A stretch of DNA of 64,000 nucleotides. Source: Methanomicrobiales archaeon HGW-Methanomicrobiales-3 (GTDB lineage Archaea; Halobacteriota; Methanomicrobia; Methanomicrobiales; Methanospirillaceae). Below the pieces are notes generated by a model. It saw nothing but the letters and a program-made list of their open reading frames with translations. It had not been told where the DNA came from and ran no database searches. The translations under genes and the position numbers were made by a program. The stretch is from the NCBI GenBank assembly GCA_002839605.1, contig PGYK01000003.1, positions 96,229 through 160,228 on the forward strand, in the 5' to 3' direction. Shown piece by piece: positions 57,093-64,000 of this stretch; the first letter of the stretch is position 1, and every line of letters starts with the position of its first letter.

Positions 57093-57851
57093 TCACTGGC
57101 GTCCCATGCCGTAATCGATCGCACCTTTCGGGCAGGTGTCGGCGCAGTTCGCGCAGAGGATGCAGTCCGCGTTCTCCATCTCCCCGCTCCTGACCATGCC
57201 GTTCACGTCAAGGCCCATCGGGCACTCCTTTGAACATTTTTTGCAGTCGATACAGCACGAAGCATCGGCAGAGAGCCCGAGGGCCGGCCACCGCACGAGG
57301 TTGCGGATCTTCCGGCCCGCGATCATCACTACTGCCATCGGGCAGAGCACGTTGCAGAACCCGCGCCGGCCGGTGAGGAATGCGGTGACGAAGATGATAG
57401 CGAAGATGACAAGAACGATCACCAGCACATCGGGAGACGAGATCGATATCCCGTTCACGGTGCCGTAGAACGGATCAACGGAACGGAATCCGCCGGCAGT
57501 TACGAGAGTGAGCGCGAGCGCACCAAGCCAGAGCGCCGCGATGCCGTACTTGATGTATTTCCGCCAGCCTTCCTGCACAGTGTGTTTCATCACCGGTGAA
57601 CAGATCTCCTGCCATGCCCCCATCGGGCAGAGCCACCCGCACCAGAGCCGGGCCACAAAGAATGAGAGGATAAAGAGCAGGATGAGGAGGATCATGCTGC
57701 CGCTTGCGATACCTTCTGCTGCACCCATCATCAGGACGATGGGGGAGATATAGAAGATCGTCACCGGAATCAGCAGGAACGATACGATCAGGATCCATTT
57801 CCTGAGTGTCTGGCGGGACAGTGCTGGTTTGTTACTTTCATTTTCTGTCAT
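57093..57851 (-). CDS. Membrane-bound polyferredoxin, paralogue of 56280-57047
   Basis: ORF 57093-57920, with probable start ATG 57851 (MTENESNKP). Contains RLWCGWLCPMG and GFCNVLCPMAV. The Cys clusters are CIDCKKCSKECP and CILCANCADTCP. Confidence 0.8.
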   Translation of the reverse strand: MTENESNKPALSRQTLRKWILIVSFLLIPVTIFYISPIVLMMGAAEGIASGSMILLILLFILSFFVARLWCGWLCPMGAWQEICSPVMKHTVQEGWRKYIKYGIAALWLGALALTLVTAGGFRSVDPFYGTVNGISISSPDVLVIVLVIFAIIFVTAFLTGRRGFCNVLCPMAVVMIAGRKIRNLVRWPALGLSADASCCIDCKKCSKECPMGLDVNGMVRSGEMENADCILCANCADTCPKGAIDYGMGRQ

Positions 57852-57971
57852 GGTAAAACTCCTGAATGAACGTTCTTTTTTTGTAACCAAGTACCTTTTT
57901 GGTTCTGTGCAGGCTTGCATGCAGGTCGAACTCTTCGGTGAGTCCTGCTCCGGTGCGGGGGATAATGGCGA

Positions 57972-58775
57972 TCATGGCGTTTCCGTATGGGAGATCTTCA
58001 GATCCGCGAGCGTGACGTTGGGGTTGCGGTACCGCTCACGTCTCCCTGTTTTCGATCCGGCCTGGATTGCCTGCGCCGGGCAGGCATGGATACAGGCACA
58101 GCAGACCTCGCAATTGTGGGAGAAGACCGGTTTTTCGTCCACCAGTGTTATGTTCCCGACCGGGCAGACCGCAAAGCAGGTGCCGCATGCCGTGCAGGTG
58201 TCCATGACGGTGAATGTCCGGTCTTTGTCATGGGCGTTTTTCCTGAACCATCCATACCCCAGGGCATGGACAAGCTGTTCAACGAGAGACCGGGGGAGTT
58301 TTTGCCTTTGGCACTCCCGGACCACGCCCGTGATCCGCGCGATCTCCCCGTCTGCTGCGGCAAGCATCGCTGCACGCCTGGTTCCTTTTGGCGATTCATA
58401 CATCAGGATGTAGTTGCCCGGCATCCGCACCGAAAAACCGGAATCGAGCCCGCGGGATGCATGCTCCCGCAGGATCCCGTCGAGCTGGCCAAGGGCAGGG
58501 GCAGCGCCGGATCCCCCGTACGTGACCACGGCAAAGACATATGACGACGCATCCGGGCAGAGGCGTTCTGCAAAGGATGCCACCATGAGCGGCAGGCCGG
58601 CGAAATAGACCGGGCATACGATGCCGACGCGTTCTGCCGCCGGCGTAATCGTGTCCTGGTCCTTCACAAGCGATGCGATCGGCACCAGCTCGCAGTCCCC
58701 GATAGATGCAGCGATCTTCTTTGCAGCATCGAGCGAGTTGCCGGTTCCGGTAAAATAATAGATGATGGTCTTCAT
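57972..58775 (-). CDS. Flavodoxin-ferredoxin fusion (EFR1-type), paralogue of 54677-55471
   Basis: 267 aa. The start is MKTIIYYFTGTGNSLDAAKKIA. The Cys clusters are CTACGTCFAVCP and CEVCCACIHACP. Confidence 0.8.
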   Translation of the reverse strand: MKTIIYYFTGTGNSLDAAKKIAASIGDCELVPIASLVKDQDTITPAAERVGIVCPVYFAGLPLMVASFAERLCPDASSYVFAVVTYGGSGAAPALGQLDGILREHASRGLDSGFSVRMPGNYILMYESPKGTRRAAMLAAADGEIARITGVVRECQRQKLPRSLVEQLVHALGYGWFRKNAHDKDRTFTVMDTCTACGTCFAVCPVGNITLVDEKPVFSHNCEVCCACIHACPAQAIQAGSKTGRRERYRNPNVTLADLKISHTETP

Positions 58776-58779
58776 ATTT

Positions 58780-59679
58780 TCACGTCCTCATGTGCAGGGA
58801 TTTCCTGCTCTCCCCCGGTATCCTGAACGGATCGGCCTCAATGATCCGCCGGAGCAGTTCGCCCCCGGCATCCGGGTTCTTCGTGTCATCCTGGTCGAGG
58901 CTGATCTGCGCCATGACCTTCACCCCCCGCGCCTCCAGCGCCCGGGCAAGGAGGGGCAGGGCTTCGCCGGGCTGGGTGGAGCAGGTGGTAAAGACCACCG
59001 CCATCTTCCCCTCGCAACCGGTGAGCGCCTGCACTGCGGCATTTATGGCAGGCGCCGGGTGCCATGCCCAGACCGGGGTACCGATGATCAGGAGATCGTA
59101 ACCCGAGACATCGATCACTGCTGGTTCGATCGGGTCGAGCGCCCCTTTACGGGACCGCAGGACACCTTTTGTGTACGCGGTGAAGCTTGAGTACGGCGTC
59201 TTTGTCTTCACCTCAATCAGATCGCACCCGCCCGCACTGTGGATCCCCTCGGCAACGCGCCGTGTCACCCCCGAGTATGAATAGTAGATGACACAGGCCC
59301 GGATCGGGCGGTCGGCAGTGGCTTTCCGGACCATCTCGCGGTGGCAGGTGTCCATCACGCTTGCGTACATCAGCTCGAAGTTCCCCCGGAACTCCACCAT
59401 CCGGTCGCGGTTGACGGTATAATACACAAAGAACCCCTCGCGCCGGGACTCGACCAGCCCCTCGGATTTCAGGGTCTTCAGGTGCTGCGAGACCGCAGGC
59501 TGGGAGATCTTCAGCCGGGCTGCAAGTTCGGACACTCCCAGCGTGCCGCTCGTGTCGGTCGAGAGGAGGTGGATGATCTGGAGCCTTGTTAAGTCCCCGA
59601 GTGCCTTGAACGTCGAGGCCATCTGCGGGACGATCTCGCAGAGGTTGTTACAGACCGGACACTTTTCGCAGGGCTCCAT
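58780..59679 (-). CDS. ArsR-family HTH regulator fused to a flavodoxin-like domain, with an N-terminal Cys-rich extension
   Basis: 299 aa. The N-terminus is CEKCPVCNNLC. The ArsR wHTH is LGDLTRLQIIHLL...VSELAARLKISQPAVSQHLKTLKSEGLV. The flavodoxin-like half follows (CVIYYSYSGVTRRVA...LLIIGTPVWAW). Confidence 0.8.
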   Translation of the reverse strand: MEPCEKCPVCNNLCEIVPQMASTFKALGDLTRLQIIHLLSTDTSGTLGVSELAARLKISQPAVSQHLKTLKSEGLVESRREGFFVYYTVNRDRMVEFRGNFELMYASVMDTCHREMVRKATADRPIRACVIYYSYSGVTRRVAEGIHSAGGCDLIEVKTKTPYSSFTAYTKGVLRSRKGALDPIEPAVIDVSGYDLLIIGTPVWAWHPAPAINAAVQALTGCEGKMAVVFTTCSTQPGEALPLLARALEARGVKVMAQISLDQDDTKNPDAGGELLRRIIEADPFRIPGESRKSLHMRT

Positions 59680-59687
59680 AATTTCTG

Positions 59688-59713
59688 TATAAGTGTTTGC
59701 TTATACACTTATA
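59688..59713. promoter_or_regulatory. 9-bp perfect inverted repeat (TATAAGTGT-N8-ACACTTATA) 9-34 nt upstream of the ArsR-flavodoxin start: candidate operator overlapping a TATA-like element
   Basis: Read directly from the sequence. ArsR-family repressors typically bind dyad sites at their own promoters. Confidence 0.5.
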
Positions 59714-59844
59714 TGATTTTTGGCTCCTGCGGTGCCGGACAGACTTACCGTGATTCGTGAACCAGATTAAAAAAAAAAGGTGCCTCTTCGTCATTTCAAG
59801 TGGGTAAGATAAACGATGAATTCATCTGCCATTGCATTGTTTGA

Positions 59845-59916
59845 GCCGCCGCGGGGGCGCCCCGTCGGGGGCGGCGGAGTTCATCGTAATGGGGGTTTGG
59901 GGGCGTTAGCCCCCAT
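59845..59916 (-). repeat. GC-rich double-hairpin module, reverse-orientation copy
   Basis: GCCGCCGCGGGGGCGCCCCGTCGGGGGCGGCGG...TGGGGGCGTTAGCCCCCAT aligns with 36637-36708 and 61531-61603. Confidence 0.75.
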
Positions 59917-60771
59917 CAACTTGCTCACCGGGATCCAGATTACCCACACAGCTCAGCGAAGAGCCAAAAAAGATCAGAGTTTCGGGACAACCGCGTGGGC
60001 TGCCGGATCGACCTGGTAGGCTGCCGGGCGCTCAAGCAGGTCGAGGGTGTTCACCTTCATGTCGATCAACTCCTGGAACGTGAACGTGTCTGACCGGACA
60101 CCGCTGCCCTCGCCCCATATGACCAGAATTCCTTCCGCTATCTTTTTGGTTCCAACAACATCCTGCATACACTGCGATGGAAGCCGGGGGTATTGAAGGT
60201 TGCGATGGGGGCAGGTGGCCACTCCGATAGCCCGCGTCCGGACTAAAAAAGAGCCGGGCGTTTACGGTTGCATTGCGGCGGGCCATCCAAAACCCGCTGC
60301 CGGGCCGAGAATCCTGCATTGGAACGGAGCGGGATTGACGCACACCAGAGTTGTACCCATGCGACCCCCCCTGCTGCCCGGCCCGTGATCTGATCATTTC
60401 CCACTCCGTAAGATCATGCAAAAATGGACGGAGAACCCGGCCGTGATGTGGGGGGTCGCGTGGGTACAAACTGTTTTTTAAACCGGCCAACCGGTTTTCC
60501 GGTGCTAAAAAAAACGGAGCCAGGGCGGCATTCTCCGTCGTTTGCCCAGATACTGATGGGCCGGGATAGGAGGATATGGGGGGGCCGGCAGGACCGGTTC
60601 TGTACCCGCGTGACCCCCCCTTTGCATCCGGGTTCAGTCATACAGCAACTCTCCCTTTGGCTGATTATTCCATGCAACCGGTACCAGGCGCGAAAAAAAC
60701 AAAACCCATATCGCGTTCTGCATCCGAATATCTTTCACGGTCATTACACCCCCGGAAAAGATCCCAAACAG

Positions 60772-61287
60772 ATGACAGAAGATTCCAGGACCTTAAAAGA
60801 AAACCCGGCGTTCACTATCCGGCCCTTCCGGGAAACGGACGTTGCATACGTGACAGCCGGGCAGCTGGCGCTCTATGCAGCGGAGTACGGGTTCACGTCC
60901 CATGTCTGGCACAACTACCTGACGGGCGGCGTGCAGGACTTTGTCCGGCAGTTCGATCCCGCCCGGGACTGCATGTATATTGCCGAACGGGACGGAGCGC
61001 CCTGCGGGTGCATTGCCATCACCCACACAGATAACGGGACAGCACAGCTCCGCTTCTACTTCGTGGAAAAAGAATGCCGGGGGATGGGTGCGGGGCGCCG
61101 GCTCATCGATCGCGCCATCGGATTTTGCCGGGACGCACAGTACCAGCGTGTGTTCCTCTGGACGTTCAGCACGCTCGACGCGGCCCGGCACCTGTATGCC
61201 GGCGGGGGATTTTCGATCACGGACACCCATTTAAACTCTGAATGGGGTGAGCCGATTCTTGAAGAGAAGTGGGAACTGGATCTTTAA
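60772..61287 (+). CDS. GNAT-family N-acetyltransferase
   Basis: ORF 60424-61287, trimmed to ATG 60772 (MTEDSRTLKENPAFTIRPFRETD). The acetyl-CoA motif is CRGMGAGRRLIDRAI. The upstream part of the ORF runs through repeat-laden non-coding DNA. Confidence 0.75.
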   Translation: MTEDSRTLKENPAFTIRPFRETDVAYVTAGQLALYAAEYGFTSHVWHNYLTGGVQDFVRQFDPARDCMYIAERDGAPCGCIAITHTDNGTAQLRFYFVEKECRGMGAGRRLIDRAIGFCRDAQYQRVFLWTFSTLDAARHLYAGGGFSITDTHLNSEWGEPILEEKWELDL

Positions 61288-61289
61288 AG

Positions 61290-61896
61290 GGTCCGGACGT
61301 TTTTTATTATCTTGTTTCGTGTCAACCCGAAACCCAGTAGATTGCACCGATTGCCTGCTCCGTAGAGTGATTACACACGAGGAAAAAATTGATCTGGAGA
61401 AACACCCATGAACGAGAGTTCACACCAGAATAATGAAAAACGCTACCTTTTTCTTAGGCGGTTCTCCGGTTCAGGAACTCGATAGGGTACTGTGGGGAAA
61501 TGACCGGATATGATATAAACCCGAATTGAGGCCGCCGCGGGAGCGCCCCCGCGGGGGCGGCGGCAGGAATCGCAACCGGGGGCATGGGGGCTTCAGCCCC
61601 CATAATCTATTGTTCTGGAAATTTGTTTTTCATGGGAAAACCTGCCAGAAATCATAGATTGATCTGCGAGGGAGCCACGGGCGCTCGGGGTCTCATCGAC
61701 CCTCGCCCCGTGGAGCAGGAAGTAAATGGGCACTTGAAACTAAAACGATAGAACCGGGGGGTCAAGGGGGCTTGCCCCCTTGGTGTGCCACCCTCCTCTT
61801 TAGGTAGAGAGGGAGTCACCCTCGCAATTCCACTGAGTGTAGTGCAGGCAGGATTTCTCCAAACGCAAAAAAATCAACAAAAAAGGAAGAAGAAAA
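61290..61896. repeat. Composite intergenic cassette, copy B (homologous to 36375-37016)
   Basis: It has the same module order as copy A: a T-tract terminator after the plus-strand gene, CCGAATTGA(G/A)GCCGCCGCGGGAGCGCCCCCGCGGGGGCGGCGG, the HP1 hairpin, GCCACGGGCGCTCGGGGTCTCATCGACCCTCGCCCCGTGGAGCA (identical in both copies), the TTTAGGTAGAG module, and T-tracts after the minus-strand gene. Confidence 0.85.
61860..61896 (-). terminator. Oligo-T tracts immediately downstream of rbcL
   Basis: After the stop, the minus strand reads TTTTCTTCTTCCTTTTTTGTTGATTTTTTTGCGTTTGG. Confidence 0.55.
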
Positions 61897-63189
61897 TCAC
61901 ACCGGCTTGTAATGACCCCACTTGCCCAGCGCTTCTTTGAGCTCCTTTGCCTTCTTTGCCTTCTCCTCGAGGCTCACGCCCTCCTCCCATGCTTCCATTG
62001 CCTGCATTGTCGCCCGGGCGCCGGCCCGGGTTCCCTTCGGGTGGCCGTGGATGCCGCCGCTGACAAGGAGCACCATCTCGTTACCGTAGATATCCATCAC
62101 ATCGGGAACGAGACCGGGGTGCAGGCCGCCCGATGAGACCGGGAACGCCGATTTGATCTTCCCCCAGTCCTGTTCGAGCAGCATCCCTGACACCGCGTTT
62201 GTCTTCTTCTCGCGCAGCAGGTTGGCGAGGGCAACCGACTCCTTTTTGGATCCGGTCAGTTTTCCGACGGCGGTTCCGGTGTGGATCTGCGAGACACCGA
62301 CAAGACGCATCATCTTTGCCAGGAACTGCATGGTGATCCCGTGCTTCCGGTTCCGTGTGAATGTTGCGTGCATGGCCCGGTGGGCATGAATCGCAATGCC
62401 GAGATCCGAGCAGTAGTCCCGCATGGTCATGACGCTGGCGGTACCGGCAACCACCACATCGATCATACAGTAGTTCCAGCCGTTTTCTGCCAGCAGGTCG
62501 ACGCGTTTTTTCATGGTTTCGACATCTGCGGTGATGTTGAGGAACGCCGACTTCTTCTCGCCCGTCTCCTTCTCTGCCTTGTCGCGGAGTTTTGTCATGT
62601 ACTTCACGCGGTCATCGAACCGGTTGAAGGAGACGGACGTAAGATTCTCGTCGTCCTTGACGAAATCGAACCCGCCCATCCACGTCTCGTACCCAACCTC
62701 GGCATGCTCTTTTGCAGAAAAGCCGATCTTGGGCTTGGGCACGGCACCCGTGAGCGGGCGCTTCTTAATCCCCATCATCTTCCGGATGCCGTCGTTCCCG
62801 AAATGCGGTCCCTTGTAATGCTTCAGGTACGCGGGAGGCAGGGAAACGTCGATGAGCCGGAGGCTCTTTACCGCTTTCATTCCAAAGATGTTGCCGGCGA
62901 TCCCCGAAAGGAGCTGGACGGCATTACCCTCCTCCCAGAGATCGAGCGGGTACGCGATCTTCACCACATTGCCTTCGATCTCAAAGGCGGTTGCTTCGAG
63001 TGCCTTCATCCGCGGGGGCAGGGTGTAGAGGGTTGTCCAGGTTCCGGTCGAACTCTCGGATGCTATCCGGCCTGCGGCTTCCTCCGCACTCATGCCGGCC
63101 GCCGGCTCGAAGGTGAAGAGGCAGACGAGTTCATCCTTTGCCGGTTCATACTTCAGGTCGACAAATTCCTTGTACCAGTCAATTGCCAT
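61897..63189 (-). CDS. rbcL: Ribulose-1,5-bisphosphate carboxylase/oxygenase large subunit, form III (archaeal type)
   Basis: ORF 61897-63240, trimmed to ATG 63189 (MAIDWYKEFVDLKYEPAKDELVCLF). Contains GTWTT, GGFDFVKDDENL (the carbamylated-Lys region) and HAHRAMHA. No small-subunit gene is adjacent. Confidence 0.9.
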   Translation of the reverse strand: MAIDWYKEFVDLKYEPAKDELVCLFTFEPAAGMSAEEAAGRIASESSTGTWTTLYTLPPRMKALEATAFEIEGNVVKIAYPLDLWEEGNAVQLLSGIAGNIFGMKAVKSLRLIDVSLPPAYLKHYKGPHFGNDGIRKMMGIKKRPLTGAVPKPKIGFSAKEHAEVGYETWMGGFDFVKDDENLTSVSFNRFDDRVKYMTKLRDKAEKETGEKKSAFLNITADVETMKKRVDLLAENGWNYCMIDVVVAGTASVMTMRDYCSDLGIAIHAHRAMHATFTRNRKHGITMQFLAKMMRLVGVSQIHTGTAVGKLTGSKKESVALANLLREKKTNAVSGMLLEQDWGKIKSAFPVSSGGLHPGLVPDVMDIYGNEMVLLVSGGIHGHPKGTRAGARATMQAMEAWEEGVSLEEKAKKAKELKEALGKWGHYKPV

Positions 63190-63429
63190 AAGCTTGTTCC
63201 TGTACCTGTAAATGCCGGGCAGAATTAAAAAGGTACACATCAGGGATCATTCCTGTGCTGAACGGGGGAAAAGGATGTCAGCCAAATCCTGAAACAATGC
63301 AGGAATCAGATATAAGAACCCGCCTGCCCAATAATTACGGGGAAATAACCGGTCCCGCACGTGTGCACTCATGCCCAGCGGTTGCAGGGATCAAAAAAGG
63401 GGCAAAAACCGGAACGGTGAAACGCCATC

Positions 63430-64000
63430 ATGCTGAAAAAAATTAAAAAGATCATCGGTGAAAAGTCGGGCAGAGGTCCTGTTCCGGTTCCGGAAGTACC
63501 TGGTGATATCTATCGCGACATTTTCGAACAGGCAGCGGTTGCAACCGCTCTTATCGACAAGGATGGAACATTTTTCCTGATCAACCGGAAGTTTGAGCAG
63601 CTGACCGGCTACTTCCGCCAGGAGATCGAGCACACCATGAGCTGGCGCGATCTTGCGGCACCTGAAGATCTTGAAAAATTGTCCCGGTATTATGGGGACC
63701 AGACAAAATCAGAAGGGCAGACGCCGGCATCATCCTGCACCCTTGACATCCAGGATAAAACCGGCCGGCACATTCCCGTGGTGCTCTCCCTCAAACGGGT
63801 TCCCGAAACGCAGAGGGTAATTATGTCCCTTGCGGATAATTCCGTGCAGAAGAGACTTGAGGAGATGCTCCGGGTAAACGAGAACCGGTACCGGACACTT
63901 GTTGAGGGTCTGCCGGTTGGCGTGTACCGGATCAAACTGGAACCACCGGGCAGGTTCCTGTGGGCTAACGCTGCCCTTGTTCAGATGTACGGCTATGACA
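63430..64000 (+). CDS. PAS-domain sensor protein, N-terminal part (3' end outside the window)
   Basis: The frame is open from ATG 63430 to the window edge (MLKKIKKIIGEKSGRGPVPVPEVPGDIYRDIFEQAAVATALIDKDGTFFLINRKFEQLTGY...NENRYRTLVEGLPVGVYRI), giving two PAS S-box starts. It is missing from the ORF track because it has no stop in the window. Confidence 0.7.
   Translation, partial: MLKKIKKIIGEKSGRGPVPVPEVPGDIYRDIFEQAAVATALIDKDGTFFLINRKFEQLTGYFRQEIEHTMSWRDLAAPEDLEKLSRYYGDQTKSEGQTPASSCTLDIQDKTGRHIPVVLSLKRVPETQRVIMSLADNSVQKRLEEMLRVNENRYRTLVEGLPVGVYRIKLEPPGRFLWANAALVQMYGYD

Noticed and set aside
59974-60222. 82-aa minus-strand ORF (…GILVIWGEGSGVRSDTFTFQELIDMKVNTLDLLERPAAYQVDPAAHAVVPKL) in the 1.1-kb gap between the ArsR-flavodoxin and GNAT genes
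   Set aside because: The C-terminal 60 residues have protein-like composition and could be a gene fragment. I recognise no family, and the N-terminal part is implausible. I left it unannotated; it is worth a tblastn check.
60424-60771. N-terminal 116-aa extension of the GNAT ORF
   Set aside because: It runs through G+C-rich non-coding DNA with an Arg/Pro/Gly-rich translation. The GNAT fold begins right after ATG 60772.
62281-63228. 315-aa plus-strand ORF
   Set aside because: It is antisense to rbcL, a shadow frame.
1-64000. tRNA, rRNA, SRP/RNase P RNA, transposase, integrase and prophage genes
   Set aside because: I saw no T-arm/acceptor-like consensus strings, no rRNA-like stretches and no transposase or integrase motifs while reading both strands. 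This was a visual scan only; tRNAscan-SE/Infernal should confirm it.

Overview
This is a 64-kb chromosomal segment of an archaeon, most likely a methanogen of the Methanomicrobia type. The evidence is an archaeal-type ThrRS with an N-terminal editing domain, a family-B DNA polymerase, an XPD helicase, a form III RuBisCO, an iron-sulfur flavoprotein and many membrane/PAS sensor kinases. I recognised no rRNA or tRNA genes, no transposase and no integrase. Most of the window is G+C-rich housekeeping DNA (dcd, thrS, purB, pyrD/pyrK, mdh, polB, uvrB, ogt, mobA, rbcL). Four things interrupt it. (i) A complete type I-B CRISPR-Cas locus lies on the minus strand at about 13.2-25.9 kb: cas8b-cas7-cas5-cas3-cas6-cas1-cas2-cas4, a leader, and an array of 56 intact repeats. 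It looks A+T-richer than its flanks. (ii) An accessory stretch at 25.9-30.8 kb holds a 1-kb gene-free structured region, a VapBC pair and three uncharacterised genes: a TM-anchored GIDE-like protein, a tandem GIY-YIG-like protein and a small 4-TM protein. I consider these three genes the best candidate here for an undescribed defence-type module. (iii) A small A+T-rich islet at 47.4-48.6 kb carries a transglutaminase-like gene coupled to a Cys-rich tail-anchored mini-protein. (iv) A tightly packed eight-gene redox operon at 52.9-59.7 kb is headed by an ArsR-flavodoxin fusion. Intergenic DNA carries a family of GC-rich hairpin modules, and two convergent intergenic regions (36.4-37.0 kb and 61.3-61.9 kb) are homologous over about 600 nt. 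All functional calls come from motif recognition by eye; no database search or computation was run.
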